Below, piece by piece: positions 1 through 8,572 of a DNA stretch of 60,585 nt. The notes under the pieces were generated by a model that worked only from the letters and a program-made list of their open reading frames with translations, had not been told where the DNA came from and did no database searches. Each line of letters begins with the position of its first letter. Within the stretch, counting starts at the first letter, position 1. The translations under genes and the position numbers were made by a program. Origin of the DNA: a virus; the IMG/VR virus record IMGVR_UViG_3300028195_000002; one strand, 5' to 3'.

Positions 1-127
1 GTTATTTCCACGCTCCAGGAAAGGACAACTCCCCACATTCGTTCTATTATTTTATTATAGCCGTTTTAAAAACTTGCGCAAAATACTGGCAACGACCACA
101 CAAGTATGCAGTCAGTTTGAATCTATG
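1..127. repeat. Terminal overlap, copy 1 (identical to 60459-60585)
   Basis: Direct comparison of the first and last 127 nt shows identity. The region is non-coding. Confidence 0.9.
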
Positions 128-160
128 AAGGCGTACCAATCTATCTTGCCTGGGCCTTGC

Positions 161-616
161 TTATTTAACATCTACGCTCCTGTTATTATATTGGTAAACC
201 GTAAGGCAATTAATAACCTCTTGAACATTAAGACAAATAACACTCAACATTTTTACCATTAATTCTGGTTCACCGTTCTCAAGGATTAAGAACGTAGGCT
301 TACCCTTGCCAGCAGCCCAACCCATTTCAAGCGAAGCAGACCTACCGAATGGTTGTACTCCTACAAAAATTTCAGCCCATTCCATGGCATCATAATCTAA
401 TTTGAATCCTTTTTCGGCTATAGGATGGTCAAGGTGTTCACGATATTTTTCAGGAGTCCAATTTTTCCAATCCGGATCTATTTCTGACCAATGAAATCCT
501 TTTTCGATATTGTTTGGATTCTTAAAATCATATACTTCATGCCCTGCATCTCTTAGTGCTTTTACAACCCCTTGCTGGTGGGTGTTTCTCCATGAACTTG
601 CTACGTATATTCTCAT
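161..616 (-). CDS. Nucleoside 2-deoxyribosyltransferase-like protein
   Basis: 151 aa. N-terminal MRIYVASSW beta-strand and a GRSASLEMGWAAGKGKP segment resemble the Rossmann-like NDT/Rcl family with its catalytic Glu. Confidence 0.55.
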   Translation of the reverse strand: MRIYVASSWRNTHQQGVVKALRDAGHEVYDFKNPNNIEKGFHWSEIDPDWKNWTPEKYREHLDHPIAEKGFKLDYDAMEWAEIFVGVQPFGRSASLEMGWAAGKGKPTFLILENGEPELMVKMLSVICLNVQEVINCLTVYQYNNRSVDVK

Positions 617-647
617 AATTTATATTTCCTCCATTCAACTTATTACA

Positions 648-1451
648 TCATAAAGATGAGGCTATCCGGAACTCTTTCATCTTCCGTCCCCTGATAGCTT
701 CGGCAATTTCAAACACATAATCATAGATATGAAGTCCTTTGGATGATGCAATAATCTCACCGCTTTCAACTCCAATCTGCTCGGCACAATATTGTTTCAT
801 CATTTCAATGGCTGCAAGATTTGCAGGAAATCCGCCAAATAAATCCCAGGACCTGAAATAGGGAAAAAAATGAAGTTTTCCATCCTGGATTCGGGTATCA
901 ATGTGTCTAAGGCAGGGCGGATCTTTTAGGAGCATATCTGAAGGTTGAGCTATTTGTAGGGTCATCTGATTATTTCGATAACCTTTATTTTTATATGTCC
1001 AAATCATTAGCTCCATCTGATTAACCATTTCAATACCTGTTTCTTGATCTTTCCAAACACACTTTTCATGCAAAAAATCTATATCAGGTATTGTTAATTC
1101 GTAATATTCTCCAAAAATATATGACGCCTCCGCATTACATATTCTTTGTCCATAAGTGTAAGCCTCCCCCTCTTTCTCTTCCCCGGTCATGAGATAAGGC
1201 AAATAATCATCCAAGTATCCTTCTTCTACAGGGTCAGGAAAGCCTAAGATAGGATTCACTTTAGGCAGGAGGGGTAATGTCCCAGGATGAGTGATATGGA
1301 TCGTTACATAGTCAAATTCAAGCCTTTTCTGACCTTCAAATGATCCACGATCAATAGTAAACTCCCTCCCTGCTTCAACAGCTCTGTAAAGCGTTTGAAA
1401 CCAGGCATCTGAAAGAGATGTTGCTTTAATAAAAATTGGCTCTAAGTTCAT
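648..1451 (-). CDS. Thymidylate synthase (ThyA)-family enzyme, either dTMP synthase or dUMP hydroxymethylase
   Basis: 267 aa. DPPCLRH (catalytic Cys motif, cf. PPCH), FRSWDLFGGFPANLAA (cf. RSxDxxLGxPFNxA) and GKLH match ThyA-fold signatures. The retained Asn suggests uracil specificity. Confidence 0.75.
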   Translation of the reverse strand: MNLEPIFIKATSLSDAWFQTLYRAVEAGREFTIDRGSFEGQKRLEFDYVTIHITHPGTLPLLPKVNPILGFPDPVEEGYLDDYLPYLMTGEEKEGEAYTYGQRICNAEASYIFGEYYELTIPDIDFLHEKCVWKDQETGIEMVNQMELMIWTYKNKGYRNNQMTLQIAQPSDMLLKDPPCLRHIDTRIQDGKLHFFPYFRSWDLFGGFPANLAAIEMMKQYCAEQIGVESGEIIASSKGLHIYDYVFEIAEAIRGRKMKEFRIASSL

Positions 1452-1473
1452 TTTTTCATTTCCTTTTCTTTAA

Positions 1474-1848
1474 TTACTTTTTCCAAAGATTTCGGACTGT
1501 AGTAATACTGCATCCGCAAATTTCAGCCGTTTCCTTCACTGTTTTTTGTCCCATTAACCCAACAATTTTGTTTATGACTTCTTTCTTTTTTAGCGCCGGG
1601 TTCCTATTGTTCCCCCCTCTCTGTTTTGTCTTAAATTTCCATTTTTTCATCCACTGGTAAATCGGTCCTTTGGTAAGTGACAGCTCTTTTGCGATTTCGA
1701 CGACCGGCATACGTTTAATGTAATACCGATCATAGATATATTGAGATACATAATAAAACTTGTGCTTTTTTATGATCTCTATAAGATCCTTCCTGTAGCA
1801 AAAGCGCTTAAGCGAATCTAACTCTTTAAAATCTATTTTTTTTGTCAT
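1474..1848 (-). CDS. Small DNA-binding protein with two HTH-like segments
   Basis: 124 aa. VVEIAKELSLTKGPIYQWMKK and VKETAEICGCSITTVRNLWKK look like HTH motifs. Confidence 0.5.
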   Translation of the reverse strand: MTKKIDFKELDSLKRFCYRKDLIEIIKKHKFYYVSQYIYDRYYIKRMPVVEIAKELSLTKGPIYQWMKKWKFKTKQRGGNNRNPALKKKEVINKIVGLMGQKTVKETAEICGCSITTVRNLWKK

Positions 1849-1866
1849 GGCTTTTTGCCTTGTCTA

Positions 1867-2631
1867 TTATTTGATAGAAAAACACCTGTCATGCCAATTA
1901 CACATTTTACATTTAAAGAAGTCCGGATCTTGTCCGGCCCCTGGCAATAACTCCCCGGCCTTACAAGACATGATTACCCTGGCGGCCTTCGCGTCCAACA
2001 TCGAAACGTATTCGGGGTTGTATTCTACTTCTTCCCAATGAATTTCCATCCGGTTCATATTGACGGCACAGAAATAAGCAGGGTTATCGGTTAGATTGAG
2101 ATTCTCCATGTAATACTGGCATTGACCGTAATATGTGGGAAATTCTTTTTGTAATTTGTTGCGTTTCAGCGCCAGGAAATATTTTTGTTCCAGACCCTTG
2201 CACTCCCATAGCCTTGGCCACGGCCCTAATTGTTCCGGGCCAGCAACAAAAATTCCGTCAGTATGCCCTTTAACGTGTCCGTCGTGTGAGACAAACCCAA
2301 ACTGGCCACCATCTTTTGGACCCGTTACAAGCCCAAATCCAGCCAGTTTAAGCCATTCGGACATTACAGATTCAATCCAATGGCCGCGAGCAAAGATCCT
2401 TAATATTCGCCCGGTAAGATCTTTATCTGGGTCAACCGGGGTTTTTGTAATTTCATACTGTAAAGCCCTTTCACAATAAGCCCCTATTCTGGACCCGCCC
2501 ATGTAATCCCTGGAAGGCTGAAAAGACCGTTCAAGTTCCAAAGCGGTATCTATCTGTTTGTTGATTTTTTCAGAAATAGATAATTTTCTATTAAAATCAA
2601 TCATTGCCGGCCTCAATGGGAGGATGTCCAC
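1867..2631 (-). CDS. Cas4-like PD-(D/E)XK exonuclease with Fe-S cysteine cluster
   Basis: 254 aa. HTDGI ... WECKG gives a D...ExK motif. One N-terminal Cys (GAYCERA) plus a C-terminal CX2CX5C (CKMCNWHDRC) is typical of Cas4/RecB-like nucleases. Confidence 0.65.
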   Translation of the reverse strand: MDILPLRPAMIDFNRKLSISEKINKQIDTALELERSFQPSRDYMGGSRIGAYCERALQYEITKTPVDPDKDLTGRILRIFARGHWIESVMSEWLKLAGFGLVTGPKDGGQFGFVSHDGHVKGHTDGIFVAGPEQLGPWPRLWECKGLEQKYFLALKRNKLQKEFPTYYGQCQYYMENLNLTDNPAYFCAVNMNRMEIHWEEVEYNPEYVSMLDAKAARVIMSCKAGELLPGAGQDPDFFKCKMCNWHDRCFSIK

Positions 2632-2794
2632 AGGTTAAAACCCTATTCTCTTTGTCATTTTTAATAAAATAGAGACAATCTTCCGTGCAGGCTATTGACC
2701 CAACCTTACAGGCTGCAAGAATCGTTATTCTGGTGCCATGGGGGCAATCAGTTAAAAGCCACCCCTTCTCCGGTTGTTCATATTCAATTTTCAT
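2597..2794 (-). CDS. Hypothetical small Cys-rich protein
   Basis: ATG at 2794 is preceded by GGAAGGAG and overlaps the upstream stop as ATGA (translational coupling). About 65 aa with several Cys. Confidence 0.35.
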   Translation of the reverse strand: MKIEYEQPEKGWLLTDCPHGTRITILAACKVGSIACTEDCLYFIKNDKENRVLTCGHPPIEAGND

Positions 2795-3033
2795 GCAATT
2801 ACTCCTTCCCAATAAACTGCAGATACGACCCTCCTGCCCTTCATAACCACTAAATAATTAAGGAATAGAAAAGCCGTAAGTCTTGCCGCTTTGTTAATAG
2901 TTTTGGTGCCATTTAAAATGACACCCATGATAATTGGCCTGGTTATTCCTGCCATGAGAAGATCCCCGGAAACTCTTTCGCTGATCTTAACCATGTTGTT
3001 TTTCGCCAGGTTTACTTTTTGCCAATCAGTCAT
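2791..3033 (-). CDS. Hypothetical protein
   Basis: Minus-strand ORF in operon context. The internal ATG at 3033 (MTDWQK) is preferred over the longer track ORF. Confidence 0.3.
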   Translation of the reverse strand: MTDWQKVNLAKNNMVKISERVSGDLLMAGITRPIIMGVILNGTKTINKAARLTAFLFLNYLVVMKGRRVVSAVYWEGVIA

Positions 3034-3337
3034 TGTCGCTTTTTGGCGCGTATCTTTCCATAATCTCATCTGATACCTCCATTTCTTGCAATGTTTGCCT
3101 GATTGATTGTCCTGTGGGTTCCCAATATTTATGCTTGGGGTGGGCGTCGGCGGGAATGACTAATGTTCCGTTTTCTTTAATATAAGGAGGGGAATAGGCT
3201 TGGTTAGCAACATAGGTGACAAGTTCTGCCTGCTCGAATAGTTGGAGTATTTCTTCTTTTGTAAAATCTTTTAGGGGCTTGTCCATCAGGTTGTTTTCCA
3301 TTATCCATTCTGCTAATTTGTTCAAGTCTATTTCCAT
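3026..3337 (-). CDS. Hypothetical protein
   Basis: ORF with ATG at 3337 (MEIDLNK), just downstream of the helicase stop at 3348. Confidence 0.4.
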   Translation of the reverse strand: MEIDLNKLAEWIMENNLMDKPLKDFTKEEILQLFEQAELVTYVANQAYSPPYIKENGTLVIPADAHPKHKYWEPTGQSIRQTLQEMEVSDEIMERYAPKSDND

Positions 3338-3347
3338 TTTGTTTCCC

Positions 3348-5045
3348 CTACACCCCCAAAAACCTTTCAATTTTAGATCTATTAAAATGAAACGTCAGAT
3401 AAGCGGCTGCTTGAATTTTACTGAGTATCTGGCACATTCCAAATCTTGCCAACATTTGCATTTGTTTCTGGCTGGCCGGTTGATTCTGCCATGCGGCAGC
3501 CTTTTTTGCCGTCCTATTGCTTTCGTTTTGATGCATAAAATCATCACTGGACGCAATAGCCCCGGATCTGTTTGATATACCCAGAATCTTAACTTCCCGG
3601 CCTTTGCCGCCAATAGAATACCAATCTTCACCATTGGCAGAACAAACACATGCCCAAGCGTCAAAACCATTTGCAATCAGGATCTTTTCGGAATCCCACA
3701 AATTCACCCATCTAAAAGGACTCATATTGAGAAGATCAATTTCGATCAATCGCAATTCCTGGGCTTCATCATAAAAGCCGTCTTCATCAAGCTGAACCTG
3801 GAATTCATACCCGCATAACGGACACACCATAGTTTGGATAGGTATTTCGGCCTGACAATTAGGACATACCTTTTTTTGCTTTTCTTTTTCTTCGCTCTCT
3901 TTGTCGTCTTTCAGGATCACATCAGAATTAAGGTTTCCATGGGTTAAAAGACTGATACCAAAATCAAGAACCAGACAATCCGTTTTGATAACACCTGGAT
4001 AAAGATTCGGGTCCACTTTCCTTAATCCCCGGCCTACCATCTGGATAACAACCGATTTGTGGGAAGATTCCCGGAGAAGGATGATACATGATACTATTTG
4101 ACAATCCCATCCTTCGGTAAGGACTGCCGGGTTAACCATTACAGGGAAATCTCCAGCGTCAAAGGCTTCTAATGTTTCCCGGCGCTTTTTCATTCCTATC
4201 TTGCTGTGTACTGCTCTGGCGTCGACCCCGGCTTCCCGAAAAGCGTCCACAACATCTTCGGCATGAGATATCGTAGATGAAAAAATAACGGTTGGCCGGT
4301 CCTTCGCCTTTTCCAGCCACTTTACGACAACCTGATCGTTATTAATTTTTGTGTTCTGGATGGCCTCTACTTCGGCTTGATCGTAATCGTTTGCAGTTTT
4401 TTTAACATTTTTTAACTGTTTTTGAGTCCCGATATCAATAACCAAGGCTCTTGGCGGGACAAGGTGCCCCGCCCGAATCATTTCAGGAAGAGATACTATG
4501 TCAGCAACTTTGGAAAAAGTTTTTCTTAACCCTTTTTTGTCTGATCTTTCCGGGGTCGCAGTTACTCCAAAGATCTCAACTTTATTGTTCAATTCTACAG
4601 CCCGGCCTATAACCCTCTGGTAAGTTTCACTTGCAGAATGATGGGCTTCATCAATTACCAGGAGGTCAACCGGCCGCATGCTTACAAGATGCTTCTCCAT
4701 AGACAATGTTTGCACCATGGAAAAAACGGTCCTGCCCAAAAACGATTTTTGTTCAGCATTAAATAAGGAGATAGAAATCTCTGGGTTTACTTTTTTAAAT
4801 TTTGTACTGTTTTGTCGGGTAAGTTCATCCCTATGTGCCATAACAAGGGCTTTTTTCTTTTTATTGATTCTTTGCCCGATAACAGCGGACAAGGCAATGG
4901 TTTTTCCAAACCCGGTAACTGCAACGCCCAAAGCGTTTTTGTGTTTTTTTAACACCTCTACGCTATTTTTGACAAATTTCTTTTGCCTGTGCCTTAATAT
5001 GATCACGTTAGAGGCCTTGAGCCATCCGCCATGCGTAACCAGCAA
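3348..5045 (-). CDS. Superfamily-2 DEAH-box DNA helicase with Zn-ribbon insert
   Basis: 565 aa. Walker A TGFGKT, motif II VIDEAHHS, VTATP, late QMVGRGLRK, and a CPNC...CPLC zinc ribbon. The start is uncertain: TTG at 5045 or GTG at 5006. Confidence 0.8.
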   Translation of the reverse strand: MLVTHGGWLKASNVIILRHRQKKFVKNSVEVLKKHKNALGVAVTGFGKTIALSAVIGQRINKKKKALVMAHRDELTRQNSTKFKKVNPEISISLFNAEQKSFLGRTVFSMVQTLSMEKHLVSMRPVDLLVIDEAHHSASETYQRVIGRAVELNNKVEIFGVTATPERSDKKGLRKTFSKVADIVSLPEMIRAGHLVPPRALVIDIGTQKQLKNVKKTANDYDQAEVEAIQNTKINNDQVVVKWLEKAKDRPTVIFSSTISHAEDVVDAFREAGVDARAVHSKIGMKKRRETLEAFDAGDFPVMVNPAVLTEGWDCQIVSCIILLRESSHKSVVIQMVGRGLRKVDPNLYPGVIKTDCLVLDFGISLLTHGNLNSDVILKDDKESEEKEKQKKVCPNCQAEIPIQTMVCPLCGYEFQVQLDEDGFYDEAQELRLIEIDLLNMSPFRWVNLWDSEKILIANGFDAWACVCSANGEDWYSIGGKGREVKILGISNRSGAIASSDDFMHQNESNRTAKKAAAWQNQPASQKQMQMLARFGMCQILSKIQAAAYLTFHFNRSKIERFLGV

Positions 5046-5109
5046 AAACGCCCATAAAAAAAGCCATCACAACAAACATTATCAAATCCTCTTTTCTGAG
5101 CTTTATCAT
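5008..5109 (-). CDS. Candidate 33-aa membrane peptide (below ORF-track cutoff)
   Basis: My own translation gives MIKLRKEDLIMFVVMAFFMGVFAGYAWRMAQGL, preceded by GAGGAG. It has one hydrophobic helix and ends just before GTG 5006 of the helicase. Confidence 0.25.
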   Translation of the reverse strand: MIKLRKEDLIMFVVMAFFMGVFAGYAWRMAQGL

Positions 5110-5110
5110 T

Positions 5111-5233
5111 CTATTTCTCCTCAATAGTTGTTGTTTCGTGCCCACATTTACAGACCCAAAAATACAAGGTAAAGGTAGGCCACTCTCGGTAACCTTTAAT
5201 CCTCATTTGGCAACCGCATTTCCTACATTTCAT
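5111..5233 (-). CDS. Candidate 40-aa zinc-ribbon peptide (below ORF-track cutoff)
   Basis: My own translation gives MKCRKCGCQMRIKGYREWPTFTLYFWVCKCGHETTTIEEK. It has CxxC...CxC, and its ATG overlaps the last codons of the upstream gene. Confidence 0.3.
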   Translation of the reverse strand: MKCRKCGCQMRIKGYREWPTFTLYFWVCKCGHETTTIEEK

Positions 5234-6617
5234 TTTTTAATTGCTCTATGCGGGTTTCAAGCTTGTCTTCGATGAACTTCAAGGCGTGTATCAACCCGTC
5301 GGTGCTTTCCATGATTTTAAGAGAATGTGTTTTGTTCGAAAGAGAAAGGACCATCTCTCCTTTATAGCTCTTGGTTGCAATTTTTTTAATGTTGTTTAAT
5401 CTGGTCTTAGCCCCCTCGATCTGTTCTTGTCTCAAGGGTTCCAAATGCCGTGTTTCTTCTTCCGGCTCCGACGAGATATCTTTTGACGTGGCCCATGTGC
5501 TGACCTTTTTAGGAAGGACTTCTTTGATGGTTTCTTCTTTTTCTTCTGGTTCCGGTTCCGGTTCTGGCGTTTCCGTTTTTAAAGCAGCAGCCTTTTCTTT
5601 TTCAGCCTTTTCAAAAGCTTCTGTCTCTATCCGGATACGTTCCTTTTCGGCATTGGCCGCCCTGGCAGCGACAAGGATATCTTGCGCCTGTATCTTTTGG
5701 CCTTCTATCATTTCCGAAAGATGATCGGCAAATGTGCTGTTTTCAAGAAGTTCAAGGCTGTCTTCCATATCAAGAAGATCTGCACCCCATCCAAAAGCCT
5801 TATTGAACCATGCAACCTGGCCATTGATTTCTTTTTGCTTTTCCAGTGCCGCCAGTTCTTCCTGTCTTTTGACTTCTTCGGCTTCCCATTTTTGCCTTGC
5901 ATCAAGGTTTTCTTTTGCAGTGGATATTGCATGCCCCAAAAGGTCACAGGCTACTTGATATTTTTCCTGAAAAACTTCTTTAGGGATCATTAACCCTTCT
6001 AAGGTTTCCAGCCTTTCGGTAATCTCAGCGGCATCCAGCCCGCTCCGCAGGCCATGTTCACAATGATTCGTGAGTATCCGCATATTTTCATTAATTTTTT
6101 TAACCCTGGCAGCCTCTTCTATCCGGGCAGCTTCGGCAAGCTTTGCTTTATGGTCAATGTCCTTTTGGAGCTCTGCTTTTAAATAATCCTCGGTTATTTT
6201 TATTTCGCTGGTGATGGTTAAAGCGTCGGTCTTTAAGGTCTTTCTTTTGCTGACCAGATCCGTATCAATTTCTTTTTGCCGTCTCTGGACTTTTAATCTT
6301 AATGCCCTGACTTCCGTTTTTGCCTTTGTTGCTTTCTTAACAGTTTCAGGATCTTCCACATTAACAACAATCGACTGATATCCTTTTATTTTATTGAGGG
6401 CAGCCCGCTGAATATCAAACTGGACAAGAGGGCTTACTTCTATCGGGTCTGCCTCTTCGATGCCAGAGAGTTCCTCTGTCGGCAGACTTTCAAATTTCCT
6501 GGTGATGTCTGCTTCTTGGGGGTCTATAACGTTCGGGGCAGTTTCTTTTAATGGTTTAAATGTTTGACCAGGGGCTTCGTTATATGCTTTGTTTCCCCAT
6601 CCACGACGATTATCCAT
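5223..6617 (-). CDS. Coiled-coil, highly charged hypothetical protein of the replication/recombination module
   Basis: 464 aa with long Glu/Lys-rich heptad-like stretches and a PEPEPEPEE linker. No enzymatic motif recognised. Confidence 0.55.
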   Translation of the reverse strand: MDNRRGWGNKAYNEAPGQTFKPLKETAPNVIDPQEADITRKFESLPTEELSGIEEADPIEVSPLVQFDIQRAALNKIKGYQSIVVNVEDPETVKKATKAKTEVRALRLKVQRRQKEIDTDLVSKRKTLKTDALTITSEIKITEDYLKAELQKDIDHKAKLAEAARIEEAARVKKINENMRILTNHCEHGLRSGLDAAEITERLETLEGLMIPKEVFQEKYQVACDLLGHAISTAKENLDARQKWEAEEVKRQEELAALEKQKEINGQVAWFNKAFGWGADLLDMEDSLELLENSTFADHLSEMIEGQKIQAQDILVAARAANAEKERIRIETEAFEKAEKEKAAALKTETPEPEPEPEEKEETIKEVLPKKVSTWATSKDISSEPEEETRHLEPLRQEQIEGAKTRLNNIKKIATKSYKGEMVLSLSNKTHSLKIMESTDGLIHALKFIEDKLETRIEQLKNEM

Positions 6618-6633
6618 TTATTCTCTCCTTTTT

Positions 6634-6663
6634 ATAAGCCCGCCATACCTGTGACGGGCTTAT
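6634..6663. other. Intergenic stem-loop (9-bp stem ATAAGCCCG/CGGGCTTAT, 12-nt loop)
   Basis: Perfect inverted repeat between the genes ending at 6693 and starting at 6617. No adjacent U-tract on either strand. Confidence 0.3.
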
Positions 6664-6692
6664 CTCACGGGTTATTCTTTATGTTGTCTGGG

Positions 6693-7400
6693 TTACGCCA
6701 TGATAGGCAATTCGATCTGCTTTTGTTCGAAAAAAGATTTAATGCTTTGGATTGCAACCTGCTTCCATCCTTCTCCGTCGCAACTATGCAGGGAACAATA
6801 TGGAACATCATCAGCCCCAATCTTTAACCTGAAAACAAAATCCGTTGCAGGCTGATCAATTTCATTCAAGGTTCTGAATGGCTTAAGGCCCACCAGTGGT
6901 TTGATGGGTGTCGATGTCATTAGGGAAGACGTCCCTTGTCTGGCGGTAATAGTTTGAGAAACGCCGTCGTCTTCAACTTTTGCGTTCTTGTCTATTTTGA
7001 CACCGCTGACGAAGGTCAGGAGATAGGACAGATCATCAGAAGGGACAAACTGCCCTCTTAATGAAATGATAAATTCCTCAACGCTCATCTGTCTGCCAAA
7101 AGCAAACTCGCAAGGACGGGATCGAGCTATAGCGATAGCATTCCTTTGGTTGAAAGGACCTGCCATGGATTGGTACAAAACGACCCGGTTAAAATCCCGG
7201 ACATGGATAAAAAGGTCTTTCCAAGATTCAGGATTGTTATTGATGAAATTAACGATGCCGGTAAGATTGTTGATTTCAAGGGCATCAGGATAAGTATCCA
7301 GCAAAGGACTGTATTCGTCTTTCCTGTACGTTTTCCCGTCAATCATGATAGCTTCCGGCTGTTTCAAAGAAATAATCTTCTCAATGGCTTCTTTAATCAT
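6693..7400 (-). CDS. Hypothetical protein
   Basis: 235-aa ORF in the operon. No motif recognised. Confidence 0.5.
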   Translation of the reverse strand: MIKEAIEKIISLKQPEAIMIDGKTYRKDEYSPLLDTYPDALEINNLTGIVNFINNNPESWKDLFIHVRDFNRVVLYQSMAGPFNQRNAIAIARSRPCEFAFGRQMSVEEFIISLRGQFVPSDDLSYLLTFVSGVKIDKNAKVEDDGVSQTITARQGTSSLMTSTPIKPLVGLKPFRTLNEIDQPATDFVFRLKIGADDVPYCSLHSCDGEGWKQVAIQSIKSFFEQKQIELPIMA

Positions 7401-7749
7401 TAATCGTGCCTCCCTTTTTCATTTGGGTTATATTGTCTATTTCCGGAAACAGTGTCGGCTGTATTACTTCGCTTGCCTCCGGCGTCCCGTGAATATCCGT
7501 GCCGATGTAAAGCTGTGTGATGTGTTCAATTGCCGGAGCCAGCTTTGATGTAGCCTGGATAGTAACCGACGCAACGCTTCTATCATCAGACGGCTTGATC
7601 TTTACCTTGAGGTTAATTTCACGGATAGCAATAGGACTCGTATTCGCGTCTAAAATGTTTTCTAAAACGGTTTGTAGCTCAAGATTTAACCTTTCAACGG
7701 CAGCACCGTTTGAGATTGAATCGACTGTAACTTTTTCCATTTTCGGCAT
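7393..7749 (-). CDS. Hypothetical protein
   Basis: 118-aa ORF preceded by AAGGAA and the conserved intergenic block. Confidence 0.5.
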   Translation of the reverse strand: MPKMEKVTVDSISNGAAVERLNLELQTVLENILDANTSPIAIREINLKVKIKPSDDRSVASVTIQATSKLAPAIEHITQLYIGTDIHGTPEASEVIQPTLFPEIDNITQMKKGGTIND

Positions 7750-7767
7750 TATTTTTTCCTTTATTGT

Positions 7768-7781
7768 TTCCCATTTGGGAA
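7768..7781. promoter_or_regulatory. Palindromic site TTCCCA-TT-TGGGAA
   Basis: Perfect 6+2+6 inverted repeat in the intergenic region upstream of gene 7393-7749. Confidence 0.5.
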
Positions 7782-7803
7782 TTCATTAATCAAAAAAAAG
7801 AAG

Positions 7804-8514
7804 TTATTTCGCCCATGCCGGGCCGCCCCCGGTTCCTGCCTGTTGTTGGCTTTGCTGCCCGCCGGGATTAAAGTTTTGTTGTTGTTGGCCGGTGTTCGAT
7901 GGGGCCTGGTATCCCTTTTTGGCTGCCCCCGATGTTCCTGTCGTATGGCTTGACTCCGGGATTGCAGGCAAAGGCAAGTCAGAAATATATTCTCCGCCAC
8001 CCATAACCACGCTGTAATCTTCTTTTTCCATAGTGATGACCCTCATAAGGGAATTATTCAGATAAACATCCCCTGATTTGGGTTTAGTAATGCCCATCAT
8101 GCCGGGAAACCGCATCCCTTGAAAATCAACCCAATCGTTAATATTTCGAGCATTGACAGAGGCAGGGGCGCTATCGTTAGGGTCTATCCCCCTGGCAGCC
8201 TCTATAATTGCCCGTAGTTTAGCAAAAGACCCTTCACAAATGCCCTTTTGCCCCTTTGTCATTTGAATTGTTTGAAATTCCGGGCAAAGAAAAAGGTTTT
8301 CCCATATTTTATTGCCTTCAAAGGTCCCGCATTCAACATCAAACTGGCAATCAAGACCCAGGAGCCCAGAAGAGTACGTGGTAATCAAAGGGTGGTGTTC
8401 ATAAGCTTTGTTTGAGCTTGGCTCCCTGATTGTCATTTTCAACAGGACAACACTTTTGGGTGGAATCGTTCCGCCCCCGGTCTTTTGCGCCGGTGCATTG
8501 TTAAAATCTATCAT
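7804..8514 (-). CDS. DUF669-like putative single-strand DNA-binding/annealing accessory protein
   Basis: 236 aa, placed directly downstream of the AAA_24 ATPase as in Sak4-type modules, with a Gly/Gln-rich C-terminal tail. Family assignment is from memory only. Confidence 0.45.
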   Translation of the reverse strand: MIDFNNAPAQKTGGGTIPPKSVVLLKMTIREPSSNKAYEHHPLITTYSSGLLGLDCQFDVECGTFEGNKIWENLFLCPEFQTIQMTKGQKGICEGSFAKLRAIIEAARGIDPNDSAPASVNARNINDWVDFQGMRFPGMMGITKPKSGDVYLNNSLMRVITMEKEDYSVVMGGGEYISDLPLPAIPESSHTTGTSGAAKKGYQAPSNTGQQQQNFNPGGQQSQQQAGTGGGPAWAK

Positions 8515-8533
8515 TGTTTTTTTCCTTTATTGT

Positions 8534-8547
8534 TTCCTATTTGGGAA
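8534..8547. promoter_or_regulatory. Palindromic site TTCCTA-TT-TGGGAA
   Basis: One-mismatch version of the motif, lying in a roughly 50-bp block nearly identical to 7752-7800. Confidence 0.45.
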
Positions 8548-8572
8548 AAGGTTAATCAAAAAAAAGGCGCGG

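Noticed and set aside
1-127. The 127-bp end duplication as a biological direct terminal repeat.
   Set aside because: An exact overlap of this length is typical of de Bruijn-graph circular contigs. It falls in an intergenic region with no pac- or cos-like features that I can recognise. I kept it as an open question in the findings.
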